From the NCBI GenBank assembly GCA_035994985.1, contig DASYKZ010000011.1:1-61226 (forward strand): a stretch of DNA of 61,226 nucleotides. Direction: 5' to 3'. The stretch is from Minisyncoccota bacterium. Its GTDB lineage: Bacteria; Patescibacteriota; Minisyncoccia; Phycocordibacterales; UBA9973. Below, piece after piece: positions 44,397 through 54,483 of the stretch; the first letter of the stretch is position 1, and every line of letters starts with the position of its first letter. A program made the translations under genes and the position numbers. The notes under the pieces were generated by a model. That model was not told the origin of the DNA, made no database searches, and worked only from the letters and a program-made list of their open reading frames with translations.

Positions 44397-46450
44397 ATAT
44401 AAATTGTTTTAATTAAATTTTGCTCTCCTTCTTTTTCTAAGATATCCGGCGGGATGTCGGAAATAAATTCTGACGGCATGTTTATCTGGCGCGCTCCAAA
44501 GATAGTACGGAAATTCGCAAACGACAAAAACAATTTATTTCGGGCGCGGGTCAGGGCGACATAAAAAAGCCTCCGCTCTTCTTCGCTATCACTGCTGTCG
44601 TCCCCGGCGCCATGCCTCTGATGCGGGAAAAGCCCGTCTTCAAGTCCGGAGATAAACACCTGGTTGAATTCTAGGCCTTTAGCAGCATGCACTGTCATCA
44701 GCTTTACGGCGTTTACTGATTTCTTTTCAACTTTTTCCTGGTTTAGCATGATACTGTCTTGGTCTGAGGCCAGTGACGCGTCTTCCAAAAGTTTTTCTAT
44801 GCCTCTGGTATTTCCTTCTGCATTCTGGAGATTGTCGTACTTGAGGGCGAGGGTGGCCAGCTCTTTTATGTTTTCCAATCTCTCCACTTCTTCTTCGGTG
44901 CCGTTCTTTAATTCGTGTTCAATTCCGGACTTTGTGACTACAAATTTTATCACCAGGCTCGGTTTCTCTACTTGTATTTTTTCTTTTATTTCTTCAAGGA
45001 TTTTATAGAAATTATTAATCTTGAGCCGCATTTTTATGGGCAAGTTCTCCGTGTCGCCGGAGAAAATTTTTGCCAAAGTGACCTTGCCTATTCCCCGCGC
45101 CGGAAAATTTATGATTCTTTTTATGTCCGACAAGCTTTGCGGGTTCAGAGCCGCCCGCAGATACGCCAATGTATCTTTTATTTCACGTCTTTCAAAGAAT
45201 TTAACACCGAGGACTTGGTATGGGATATTGTAGCGGAGCATGGCTTCTTCCAGCGCCCGGGATTGGAAGTTTGCGCGATATAATACCGCTATATTTTCAA
45301 AAGTGGAATTGAGGGAAATTTTAGAAGGAGTGGTTGAATGAAGTTCATCTCCGAGCGACTGAGAAAATTTTTCTTCAATTCCACTTTTGCCATCTATTAT
45401 TTCAAGAATTTTTGTCGCCACAAAGTCAGCTTCGTCATTTTCATCGAGCGCCTCATACAGGCCTATTTTCTCTCCTGTGTCATTATTGGTAAACAGGTTT
45501 TTATCCGGCCTGTATTTATTTTTCTTGATGACCACATTGGCGGCTTCCAGGATATTTTTCGTGGAGCGGTAATTTTCTTCCAGCATTATTATTTTTGCTT
45601 CCGGATAATCTTTCTCGAAGTTCAGAATATTTTTCAAGTTCGCCCCGCGCCAGGAATAAATATTTTGGTCCGCATCGCCTACCACCACGATATTTTTGTT
45701 ATGCTGGCCTTCTTTGTTGGATAACAGTTTAGACATCAAATATTGCACTTCGTTTGTGTCTTGGTACTCGTCTATGTGTATGTACTCCCACTTGTCTTGA
45801 TATATTTTCCTAACCTCTTTATTGTCCTGCAGTAGTTTTGTGGCTTTTAAAAGCAGGTCGTCAAAATCAAGCGCATTTTCCTTCAGCTTTTTCTTTTCAT
45901 ACAAGCCCCATACTTGAGCGATTATTTTAGAGAGGGGGTTTGCGCTTGAGCCATGGCTCTCAATATAGTCTTCCAGATGGGTAAACTTGCCTTTTTCCCG
46001 CGAGATGATATTTTTTATTTTTTTTGGTTCATATTGTTTTGGATCGATGCTAAGCTCTTTTAGTATTTCTTTGATTATGCTGTTCGCGTCGGGTTCATCC
46101 AAAATAGTGAAATATTTTGTCAGCCCCAAAATTGTCGCATTTTCTTTTATAATATAGACGCCAAGCGAGTGAAACGTGCTCACAAAAGGGCTCGTATTTT
46201 GCTCTGCCACCCCATTTGAATTTTTTTTGATTTCCGCTATTACCCGTTCCCGCATTTCCTTGGCCGCTTTGTTCGTAAAGGTAACCGCCAAAATCCGGTT
46301 CGGCGAAACTCCTTCTTTTATCAGATTCACTATTCTATGAGTGATAGTTTTCGTTTTTCCCGCGCCCGCGCCGGCCACAATCAAAAGCGGACCCTTCATA
46401 TGAAGCGCCGCTTCTCTTTGCTTATCATTTAAACCTTTCAAATGCTGCAT
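44393..46450 (-). CDS. UvrD/PcrA-family SF1A DNA helicase
   Basis: Contains AGAGAGKTKTITHR, IDEYQDTN, VGDADQNIYSWRGA and VHAAKGLEF. Confidence 0.88.
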   Translation of the reverse strand: MQHLKGLNDKQREAALHMKGPLLIVAGAGAGKTKTITHRIVNLIKEGVSPNRILAVTFTNKAAKEMRERVIAEIKKNSNGVAEQNTSPFVSTFHSLGVYIIKENATILGLTKYFTILDEPDANSIIKEILKELSIDPKQYEPKKIKNIISREKGKFTHLEDYIESHGSSANPLSKIIAQVWGLYEKKKLKENALDFDDLLLKATKLLQDNKEVRKIYQDKWEYIHIDEYQDTNEVQYLMSKLLSNKEGQHNKNIVVVGDADQNIYSWRGANLKNILNFEKDYPEAKIIMLEENYRSTKNILEAANVVIKKNKYRPDKNLFTNNDTGEKIGLYEALDENDEADFVATKILEIIDGKSGIEEKFSQSLGDELHSTTPSKISLNSTFENIAVLYRANFQSRALEEAMLRYNIPYQVLGVKFFERREIKDTLAYLRAALNPQSLSDIKRIINFPARGIGKVTLAKIFSGDTENLPIKMRLKINNFYKILEEIKEKIQVEKPSLVIKFVVTKSGIEHELKNGTEEEVERLENIKELATLALKYDNLQNAEGNTRGIEKLLEDASLASDQDSIMLNQEKVEKKSVNAVKLMTVHAAKGLEFNQVFISGLEDGLFPHQRHGAGDDSSDSEEERRLFYVALTRARNKLFLSFANFRTIFGARQINMPSEFISDIPPDILEKEGEQNLIKTIYI

Positions 46451-46494
46451 GCCCTAATATAACACAGATTTAGCCTTATTTATATTAAGGATTA

Positions 46495-46791
46495 TTACAT
46501 GCTGTTTTGCAGCTTTGCTCTAATATCTCTTACGTTTATATCTTCTTTTACGACTTTTTCTGCCTGGTTTATTTTTTTCATTCCTTCTATTGCTTCCCGT
46601 AACGCATCTACATAATTTTCATTGATAGCATTAGATATGTCAAGATAAACCGAGGCAATTGCGGCTAAACCTTCCCCTCTTTCCTCATCAGTAAGATTTT
46701 TCTCTACCATCTTTTCAACAATTTGCCTAACGCTATTGTAATCTCCTTTCTCGAGCAGTAATTCAATTTTTTTTATATCTTCGGTATCCAT
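46495..46791 (-). CDS. Small helical hypothetical protein
   Basis: A 98-aa ORF directly downstream of the coiled-coil gene. Confidence 0.4.
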   Translation of the reverse strand: MDTEDIKKIELLLEKGDYNSVRQIVEKMVEKNLTDEERGEGLAAIASVYLDISNAINENYVDALREAIEGMKKINQAEKVVKEDINVRDIRAKLQNSM

Positions 46792-46798
46792 GTTTATT

Positions 46799-48109
46799 TT
46801 AACTTGATAGAATAAAGACCATGCGACTAATTAATAATTTTTTGATTTTATCGTCCGACTCATTAGACTTTTTAAGTTTTTCAGATATTCCATCAAGTAT
46901 TTCTATTATTGTTTCTTTCATTTTTTCCGCTCTCTCCGATCCCCACGATTCTTTTTTCATCAATGGCTCAAGCGCTTTTTCCAGGCTTGCCAGAGGATTA
47001 TTGGAAATTTTTAACTTAAGCACAGCGTCTTCTGTGTTTTTCGCTACAGCATATCCGACAGCTTTTCCGATTTCTGCTTCTAACTTTTCTTCCTGTGTTG
47101 CGTCACCAAGCATACTCACCCCTGTTTCAGTTGATTCAGATATCTCTTGGAATTTCTCGAATTTTTTATACGCTGACTCTAAATCTTTTAACGATCCTTT
47201 TCCAACTAAATCTTTAAGTTCTTTTGAGACTTTGTCTTGAATTGCTTTACTCAATCCTTTAATCTCTGAAATTCCGCCGAACAACTCTTTTCGGGTTTCT
47301 GTAAACATTCTCTCTGAATCTTTTTTGTAGCTTGATAATTTTTCTAGTTTCGCTAAAGCTACTTTATGTGCTTCGATTTCTTTTTCAATATTTTCCAATA
47401 TAACGCCAGCTTGTTTTTTGTTTATTTTTCCGTGTTTCTTTGAAACTGTTGCGAGAGCCTCTTTGTCTTTTCTAAGTTCTTCAGCTTCGTTATAATATTC
47501 TTTTCCATGTTCCTTCATTTTATTTAGCGCATCTTCAGATTTTGCATTAGTCGTCATTGCGTTTAGCCACTTCAGACTCTTTTTCATAGAGCGAAGCCGT
47601 ATAGCCACGCTTCCGGTAACGCCAAGCTTATTTTTTGCTCTTTCTAAGGCATTTTTAGATAATTCTAATTCACTGAGTTTGTTTTGTAGAGCTTCTTGAT
47701 TTCCCAAAGCACTGAGTTCTCCCTCAAGGCCTTTTATCTGTTGCGGTAAACCCTTGAAGCTGTTAATTTTATTTTGCATCTCTGCGATTTCTTCCGGGTT
47801 TTCAATAGCCTGCTTTTCAAGATAAGCATCTATGGAAGATAGATCATTACCCTGTAGTTTAATGCCCATCTCTTTTTCTATATGGCTTGAATACAGGGTA
47901 CGTAATTCTTTTTTTAGAGCTTCTTTCTTTTCAAAAGTTTCAAAACGTTCCTGTATTTCATCTTCATTTTCCATATCAAAATTTTCTGCGTCTGGGTATG
48001 TCGCTAGAAATTTCAAAAATTCACTAGAATTTAAAACTTTATTAATATCAAACCCAGCACTCTCTTTTACTCCCGTGTTCTTTAATACTAATTCATTTTT
48101 ATTTATCAT
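46799..48109 (-). CDS. Coiled-coil hypothetical protein
   Basis: It is 436 aa and very Lys/Glu/Leu-rich with heptad-like stretches. No catalytic motif. Confidence 0.45.
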   Translation of the reverse strand: MINKNELVLKNTGVKESAGFDINKVLNSSEFLKFLATYPDAENFDMENEDEIQERFETFEKKEALKKELRTLYSSHIEKEMGIKLQGNDLSSIDAYLEKQAIENPEEIAEMQNKINSFKGLPQQIKGLEGELSALGNQEALQNKLSELELSKNALERAKNKLGVTGSVAIRLRSMKKSLKWLNAMTTNAKSEDALNKMKEHGKEYYNEAEELRKDKEALATVSKKHGKINKKQAGVILENIEKEIEAHKVALAKLEKLSSYKKDSERMFTETRKELFGGISEIKGLSKAIQDKVSKELKDLVGKGSLKDLESAYKKFEKFQEISESTETGVSMLGDATQEEKLEAEIGKAVGYAVAKNTEDAVLKLKISNNPLASLEKALEPLMKKESWGSERAEKMKETIIEILDGISEKLKKSNESDDKIKKLLISRMVFILSS

Positions 48110-48192
48110 AATTTATATATAATATAATACTTCTAAAAAATCTTTACCATGCTTCTTTTGAATTATATACTATAATAAATTTTTTGTCAAGT

Positions 48193-48708
48193 CTATCTAG
48201 CTAATGTACCAATCAGGTATTTTCTAGGATTTTCTCCGAGGTCAACAAAGTCGTCCACGGCTTCTCGGAGCTTGCCGGACGTGGATTTGCCAAAGGAGAC
48301 CACTTCCACCTGCACCCCAATTGTTTGTAAGTATTCTACGAGCGGTACAAAATCCCCGTCTCCGGATACTATGACCACAGAGTCGAGCCGCGGGGACATT
48401 TTAATGGCATCCACAGCGAGTCCCACATCCCAGTCCGCTTTTTTGCTTCCGCCCGCGAAAATTTGCAAGTCTTTAGTCTTGGTTTCAATGCCAAGCTTGC
48501 CCAGCGCCTCAAAAAAGTTTTTCTCATCTCCTGCTTCGGTGGTGATGACGTAGGCGACGGCGCGTACCAGCTTTCTGCCCGACACGGCTTCTTTCAAAAC
48601 CGCACCAAAATTTACCCGTGCCTTGTAGAGGTTGCGGGCGCAGTGGTATAGATTTTGGGTATCAATAAAAACCCCGACTCTTTGTTCTTTATGTTTTATA
48701 ACTGTCAT
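48193..48708 (-). CDS. NYN/LabA-like domain protein (predicted RNase fold)
   Basis: Contains VGVFIDTQNLY ... VIVSGDGDFVPLVEYLQ..G..V.V, typical of NYN/LabA. Confidence 0.7.
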   Translation of the reverse strand: MTVIKHKEQRVGVFIDTQNLYHCARNLYKARVNFGAVLKEAVSGRKLVRAVAYVITTEAGDEKNFFEALGKLGIETKTKDLQIFAGGSKKADWDVGLAVDAIKMSPRLDSVVIVSGDGDFVPLVEYLQTIGVQVEVVSFGKSTSGKLREAVDDFVDLGENPRKYLIGTLAR

Positions 48709-48793
48709 TATATATAAAAATTATTTCAAAATATTAAAAATTTCAACCTACATTATAGTATAGCACTTCTTGTCCCATGTTTAGGGTTTTAAA

Positions 48794-49393
48794 TTATTTC
48801 TTTTTAACGCCCACCAAATACAGCCTGTCTTCTGTAGAAGAAAACTCTATGCTGTCATAACTATTTACGAGTTTATGAGGTTCTCCACCCCATGGCCTGT
48901 ATGGGTCGGATACATACCATGTGCCATCAGGACCCTGGAAATGAGTGACAGTGTGATATTCTTTCTTGAGATTTGGATCAACGGTGTGAATTTTATAAAG
49001 GAGTTCTGGTGATATGGGTTCAAGGCCTCTTGATTCATAAAAAGATTGAATTTCTGTGTCTAGCAAAAAAGGAACTAATCTGTATAAAGACACTTCAATT
49101 TTTTCTCCGTCGATTTCAAACTCGCGAAGAACAGGTAATTGATTCTGTCGCTCGGCCCTTCTATAAATTAGTCTGAGAATTGGAGGCCACACATCATCAT
49201 CCATTCTAAGCATGGCTTCAAATGATTTTCTGTCTATGCCATCAGTAGCACCTCCTTTGCGTAAAATCTCACTAAGTAATTCACCAAATCTTTTCATCTG
49301 TTCTAAGGTAACCCCTTCGCGAGGCTCCCTATTCTCTACTGTTTGAGTTCTTGTATTTTTATCACTTCCAGGTGGTATTTTTTCTTGGTCCAT
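48794..49393 (-). CDS. Hypothetical protein
   Basis: A 199-aa ORF with no recognisable domain. Confidence 0.4.
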   Translation of the reverse strand: MDQEKIPPGSDKNTRTQTVENREPREGVTLEQMKRFGELLSEILRKGGATDGIDRKSFEAMLRMDDDVWPPILRLIYRRAERQNQLPVLREFEIDGEKIEVSLYRLVPFLLDTEIQSFYESRGLEPISPELLYKIHTVDPNLKKEYHTVTHFQGPDGTWYVSDPYRPWGGEPHKLVNSYDSIEFSSTEDRLYLVGVKKK

Positions 49394-49423
49394 GAATATT
49401 TTAATTATAGCAAAAGTAAGAAA

Positions 49424-49687
49424 CTAAGCGAGGTCCATCTTCTTCATGACTGCGTTATAACGGGCTTTGTTTGTCCGTTCCAAGTATTTCAAATGAGTGC
49501 GCCTGTCGGCCACCATCTTGATCAGCCCCCTTCGGGAATGGTTGTCTTTCTTGTGTTTCTTTAAATGTTTTGCGAGTTCAAATATAGCGACAGATATGAT
49601 GGCAATCTGCACCTCCGGAGAGCCTGTGTCCTTCTCATGAACTTGATTTTTCTTTATAATTGTTTGTTTTTTCTTTGTAGCTAACAT
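49424..49687 (-). CDS. rpsO: 30S ribosomal protein S15
   Basis: Contains DTGSPEVQIA and HKKDNHSRRGLIKMV. The start was placed at MLATKKK. Confidence 0.88.
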   Translation of the reverse strand: MLATKKKQTIIKKNQVHEKDTGSPEVQIAIISVAIFELAKHLKKHKKDNHSRRGLIKMVADRRTHLKYLERTNKARYNAVMKKMDLA

Positions 49688-49895
49688 ATTGAATATAGTA
49701 GCACAAAAGCCCCAAAATTGCAATCCTTCAAAATAAAGGATTTATTATTTATAAAGCAATCTATCTGGCAAAGCTTTGCCAGCGAACCTGCTCGTCAATC
49801 AAGAAAATAATAAGCAGAGTACTGCTTTTATTTTCTAATTTCCTGCGCAAGACTTTCTAAACAACAAATCCTTTATTTTTTGATATAATTGAGAG

Positions 49896-50843
49896 ATGGC
49901 CTCGCTCAAGCAGCTAAAAACTCAATTTTTGGAATATACCGAAATCGAAAAAGGGAGGTCTCTCCATACTGTCCGGAATTACGACCATTACTTGAGCCGT
50001 TTTCTGGATTTTTCCAAAAATGACAACCCGGCAAATATTACCGATGCGTCAGTGCGGGAATTTCGCCTGTGGCTCAATAGGCAAAGCGCCGGCAACGCTA
50101 AAGCCAAAGGCGAAACGCTGTCCAAGAAAACTCAAAATTATTATCTGATTGCCCTTCGCGCCTTCCTAAAATATCTGAGCAGGCAAGAGGTAAAGACGCT
50201 TCCCGCCGAGCGGATAGAGCTCGCCAAGGTGGGTGAACGTTCGCTCGACCTCATAACACCTCTCGAACTAAATAGACTGCTAAATTCTCCGAACGGAACT
50301 GATTTGACAGATTTACGCGACAAGGCAATCTTGGAGCTTTTGTTTTCTACTGGCCTGCGCGTGTCGGAGTTGTGTTCCCTTACGTCCGATATCGACCTTT
50401 CTTCCACAGAGCTGTCCATACGTGGAAAGGGCGGAAAGGTGCGGGGGGTTTTCATCTCCACGGACGCGAAAAAATACATGAAAAATTATTTGTCCGCCCG
50501 CAAAGACATGAGTGATGCCCTTTTTGTACAGATGGAGAAAGAACCTGCCCGACTGAACAATCGTTCGGGCGGGGGCGGAAAAAATAAAGTAAGCGGACCG
50601 CTTACCCGCCGGTCTATTGAGCGGATTGTAAAACAGCACGCCATAAAGTCCGGTATTTCCAAAAAGGTTACTCCTCATGTCATCCGGCACTGCTTTGCGA
50701 CGGATTTACTGAGTAACGGCGCAGACTTGCGCTCGGTGCAGGCAATTCTTGGCCATGCCAACATCGGCACCACTCAAATATATACCCACGTAACTGACAA
50801 ACATCTGCGAGATATACATGAAAAGTTTCACAATAAAAACTAA
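49896..50843 (+). CDS. Tyrosine recombinase XerC/XerD family
   Basis: Contains TGLRVSEL, HVIRHCFAT and LGHANIGTTQIYTHV (catalytic Tyr). Confidence 0.85.
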   Translation: MASLKQLKTQFLEYTEIEKGRSLHTVRNYDHYLSRFLDFSKNDNPANITDASVREFRLWLNRQSAGNAKAKGETLSKKTQNYYLIALRAFLKYLSRQEVKTLPAERIELAKVGERSLDLITPLELNRLLNSPNGTDLTDLRDKAILELLFSTGLRVSELCSLTSDIDLSSTELSIRGKGGKVRGVFISTDAKKYMKNYLSARKDMSDALFVQMEKEPARLNNRSGGGGKNKVSGPLTRRSIERIVKQHAIKSGISKKVTPHVIRHCFATDLLSNGADLRSVQAILGHANIGTTQIYTHVTDKHLRDIHEKFHNKN

Positions 50844-50890
50844 CGCCGCGCTTTAAAGGACGATTGCGCGGCATGATTTCGCTAAATCAC

Positions 50891-51703
50891 ATGAAAATAA
50901 TTTCTTGGAACGTAAATGGAATAAGGGCAGTACACAGGAAAGGCCTTTTTGTGCCGTTTGTAAAAAAATACCAGCCGGACATAATTTGCCTGCAGGAAAC
51001 CAAAGCCCAAAAAGAACAAAGCGGACATCAGGGCGAAGTGGATTTAAAAGACTACGAAGAATACTGGAACTCGGCGACCCGCAAGGGCTATAGCGGAGTT
51101 GCCATATTCACTCTCAAGTCTCTTGGCAAGCCGCTTTCAGTGATGCTCGATATTCCCGCCAAGATTGCCAAGAAATATAAAATTATAAACGACCGCTACG
51201 GAGACCCAAATACGGAAGGACGGGCGCTGGCGTTAGAATTTAAGGATTTCTACGTTGCTACTGTGTACACCCCAAATGCCAAGGATGACCTTTCACGCAT
51301 TCCGCTCCGTCATAAAAACTGGGACCCCGCCTTTCTGGAATATATGCGGGAACTCGAAAAGAAAAAACCTGTCATATTTTGCGGAGACCTCAATGTCGCC
51401 CACACAAAGGACGACCTAGCTCGGCCGAAAGAAAATGTCGGCAACAAAGGATTTACTTTTGAGGAGCGTGAAGGCATCGATAAAATAGTAAGCGCCGGCT
51501 TTATAGACACATTCCGGATGTTCACAAAGGGCAGCGGGCACTATACCTGGTGGAGCCATTTCGCCAACGCGCGGGCGAGGAATGTGGGCTGGAGGATTGA
51601 TTATTTTTTTGTCAGTAAAAAACTGGAGAAGAAAGTAAAATCCGCCAAAATCCTTCCCGAAGTTTTCGGCTCCGACCACTGTCCTATACTGCTTGAGATT
51701 TAA
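50891..51703 (+). CDS. xth: Exodeoxyribonuclease III
   Basis: Contains MKIISWNVNG, LQETK, GDLNVAH and SDHCP. Confidence 0.88.
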   Translation: MKIISWNVNGIRAVHRKGLFVPFVKKYQPDIICLQETKAQKEQSGHQGEVDLKDYEEYWNSATRKGYSGVAIFTLKSLGKPLSVMLDIPAKIAKKYKIINDRYGDPNTEGRALALEFKDFYVATVYTPNAKDDLSRIPLRHKNWDPAFLEYMRELEKKKPVIFCGDLNVAHTKDDLARPKENVGNKGFTFEEREGIDKIVSAGFIDTFRMFTKGSGHYTWWSHFANARARNVGWRIDYFFVSKKLEKKVKSAKILPEVFGSDHCPILLEI

Positions 51704-52515
51704 ATCTTAATAAGCTTTGGCGTTACTTTTCCAAACCATTCCGAAGAGAGCTTTTCATAGCGCTTGCTGGATTTTGTCACCAAAAGTTCAAACGTTCTGT
51801 TTTTTGATAGTTGTTTCTGAATCTCTGTGTGCTTGGCCAGATAACTTTGCAATTTTTTTGGCAGCAGTTCTTCTTGGGCGATGATTTTTATTTTTTTGCC
51901 CAAAATCTTCTGTATGTCATTTTTTATTATTCCATAATGCGTACAGCCCAAGATGAGGACTTTTGTGTTTTTAAAAGGGATTAAATAATTTTCCAAGATT
52001 TGCTTGTACTCCTTCTGCTTTCTTAAGTTTCCTTGCTCAATCATGGGTACAAGCTTTGGAGTTGCTTTGGCAGTTAATTTTATATCTTCGTTCATTTTTT
52101 TGAGTTCCTGCACATACGCAGTTGAATCAACTGTCCGCAGTGTGCCAATAAGTCCGATATTTTTGAATTTCCCTATTGACTCCACAGTCGGGCGAACCAC
52201 CCCCAGTATTCTTCGGTTTTTATATTTTGCCTGAGAGGACTGCGGCAGCCAGCTTTGCTGGATTTTCCGCAAAGCTTGCGACGAAGCAGTATTGCAAGCC
52301 ACGATGACTAAAGCACAATCTTGTTCTAATAAGTATGAAATTGCCCGTACAGTATTTTTGTAAATTTGAGTTTGGCTTTTGTTGCCGTAAGGCAGCCTTT
52401 TCGTGTCGCCTAGATGTATATAATCATATTGCGGCATGGCTTTCCGCAATGTTCGCGCTACTACGAGCCCGCCCAGCCCTGAATCAAAAATTCCGATTTT
52501 CATCTTATTTTTCAC
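51700..52515 (-). CDS. murI: Glutamate racemase
   Basis: Contains GIFDSGLGG, ACNTAS and LGCTHY. The start is either GTG 52515 or ATG 52503. Confidence 0.88.
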   Translation of the reverse strand: MKNKMKIGIFDSGLGGLVVARTLRKAMPQYDYIHLGDTKRLPYGNKSQTQIYKNTVRAISYLLEQDCALVIVACNTASSQALRKIQQSWLPQSSQAKYKNRRILGVVRPTVESIGKFKNIGLIGTLRTVDSTAYVQELKKMNEDIKLTAKATPKLVPMIEQGNLRKQKEYKQILENYLIPFKNTKVLILGCTHYGIIKNDIQKILGKKIKIIAQEELLPKKLQSYLAKHTEIQKQLSKNRTFELLVTKSSKRYEKLSSEWFGKVTPKLIKI

Positions 52516-52530
52516 TTGGCTATTTTATCA
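52500..52530. repeat. 31-bp perfect direct repeat, copy 1 (covers the murI start and putative -10)
   Basis: tcatcttatttttcacttggctattttatca is identical to 54426-54456. Confidence 0.9.
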
Positions 52531-52658
52531 TATTTTAATTTTTTTATACGTTCGTACTGAGTTATGATGTCTCCCTCTCTGATGATGTAAGAGAACATTA
52601 CAAGATTGCTTTATAGCAGGGTTTTGTTATAATTTTGATGTTAATTAAGTTAATATCT

Positions 52659-52808
52659 ATGACTAATTTGAATCCTAAAAAACCAGTGTCTGAAGCCCAA
52701 ATGATTCTTGAGGCCCATCTTCAAGAAGAGTTTGATGAATTAGAAGCGGACATATTAAAAGCCGAGCTAGAAATAAATAATAAAAGCGATGGAAAACCCG
52801 CAAATTGA
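52659..52808 (+). CDS. Possible 49-aa acidic helical micro-protein
   Basis: An ATG-to-TGA frame (MTNLNPKKPVSEAQMILEAHLQEEFDELEADILKAELEINNK...) that overlaps the next ORF by 20 nt. There is no SD. Confidence 0.25.
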   Translation: MTNLNPKKPVSEAQMILEAHLQEEFDELEADILKAELEINNKSDGKPAN

Positions 52809-54423
52809 TAAATCTACTCAAGAAAAAATAGAACAAGCAAAAGCTCTTTTAAAAGATCCAGATTCTGCAAAACCGAATATATGGGAATCATTTTCTGATT
52901 TATTACAAACATACCAGCATTTTTTGGATTTGAAAGAAAAAACAGATGAAGAGCCTCCGGAAATTGCAATCCTTAGAGAAACACTTGATGCACTGACTGA
53001 TACCCACTTTGCATTTGCAAAGGCTTATTTTGACCACAACTCTAGGTCAATAGACAAAAATGAAAAACGATACACGAAGTTATTCCAACGCATATTTCAG
53101 ATAGCCAAAAATGCGCCAGAAACAGCCGAGGATTTATTTGGGCGATTAAAGCGCATAAAACGTAAAGTATTAAAAACAATTTTGGTTTCTTCTTTTATGG
53201 TCGTTACTGGCTTGACTGTAAATTACAATATGACCCGCTTTAAAGTCAGAGTAAAGCTAGACCCCCAGACCAACGAAAAAAGATATGAACACGATGACCC
53301 GCAAACTACTCATTTTCTTAATTGCATAACCGGCTTAGAAAGATTAACGCCTGAAGAAGAAACTGGGCTCCTGCGTGAACTCTTGTTACGGCAAATTTAC
53401 CTAGAAACTCTAAAAGCTGAGGGAATAGTGGATAAAAATGCAGATGATTCGGTGATTAACCAAGCAAGCCGTCAAGAGTTAATTAATATCTTGAAAAAAC
53501 ATAATGCCAAAAGCAGTGATCCAATCAAAGCCGTTAATGACGATCAGTTGGTCGACAACACTCTCGGTATAGCTCCTTATAAATTTGATCAAAAATACTA
53601 TGAAGCAGTATGGACATTGGAAACGGAAACGGGCAGTGCAAAGTTAGTTTTCGAGTATCCTGTAATATACGGTAAAGACGAATTTTCATTGGGGAGAAAG
53701 AAAGAGAAGTCTGATTATAATGTTTTAGAAAATAAAGTGCACCTTGAGCCACAGCGGAATCATCCTGAAATCAAACGTATTCTGATGGCCGAGTTCTCTC
53801 ATAGCAAGCAGTTTAACGAAAGCCCTGTCGCGAGTTATCTTACCGGCATAATGGACGAAATCACTATTTTTGATTATATAATACATATTGACCCTACTTT
53901 TAGGGGGGAAAGACGGTCTGAGGGACACCCTCCCGGATCTCTTATTAGGTTGTTAGACTGGAGCAAGATTTATGATAAAAATATATATAAATCCCCTGGA
54001 AGTTTCTTTGTAAACATAGATAATGACGAACCGTTTGTTGATGATTTTGGCAATGGTCCGCGCCTCGATTATTCTACGGTAGAGTATGCTGCTCACGGGC
54101 AAATAGAGCCTCAATTACATAAACGGTTCGATCAACTTTACCCTCAATTAAAAGATTTTGAAAAAGCTAGGCAAGCTCAAATTGATGCAGAAGTCTCGGC
54201 TGCTAAAATGGTAGGCCAAGGGCAATTGGCAATAGCCAAAGTTGAATTTGAAGCTCAGAAAAAATTGCACGATAAAGAAATAAAAAAGATTTGGCAGAAT
54301 GAGAAGTTAAATTTTGAGCAAAAAAAGCAAAGGGAAGCGGCAGAAGATTCCAAGCTTAAACCTTGTCAGGACAAGATTGATAATATAATAATGGAATATA
54401 AATCGAAAGGCATACAATTGTAA
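52789..54423 (+). CDS. Orphan 544-aa protein with one central TM segment
   Basis: A long ORF with a hydrophobic stretch (ILVSSFMVVTGLTV) and a C-terminal coiled coil. No domain recognised. Confidence 0.5.
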   Translation: MENPQIDKSTQEKIEQAKALLKDPDSAKPNIWESFSDLLQTYQHFLDLKEKTDEEPPEIAILRETLDALTDTHFAFAKAYFDHNSRSIDKNEKRYTKLFQRIFQIAKNAPETAEDLFGRLKRIKRKVLKTILVSSFMVVTGLTVNYNMTRFKVRVKLDPQTNEKRYEHDDPQTTHFLNCITGLERLTPEEETGLLRELLLRQIYLETLKAEGIVDKNADDSVINQASRQELINILKKHNAKSSDPIKAVNDDQLVDNTLGIAPYKFDQKYYEAVWTLETETGSAKLVFEYPVIYGKDEFSLGRKKEKSDYNVLENKVHLEPQRNHPEIKRILMAEFSHSKQFNESPVASYLTGIMDEITIFDYIIHIDPTFRGERRSEGHPPGSLIRLLDWSKIYDKNIYKSPGSFFVNIDNDEPFVDDFGNGPRLDYSTVEYAAHGQIEPQLHKRFDQLYPQLKDFEKARQAQIDAEVSAAKMVGQGQLAIAKVEFEAQKKLHDKEIKKIWQNEKLNFEQKKQREAAEDSKLKPCQDKIDNIIMEYKSKGIQL

Positions 54424-54425
54424 CA

Positions 54426-54456
54426 TCATCTTATTTTTCACTTGGCTATTTTATCA
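54426..54456. repeat. 31-bp perfect direct repeat, copy 2
   Basis: It is identical to 52500-52530 and lies between the orphan gene's stop and the TMEM175-like gene's start. Confidence 0.9.
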
Positions 54457-54483
54457 CATTTAAATATATGCTATATTTTATAT

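Noticed and set aside
52500-54456. The 31-bp repeat as a CRISPR array or a tRNA-type att duplication.
   Set aside because: There are only two copies, 1.9 kb apart, with a protein-coding gene between them. No cas genes, no tRNA and no integrase are present. No CRISPR-like array was seen anywhere in the window.
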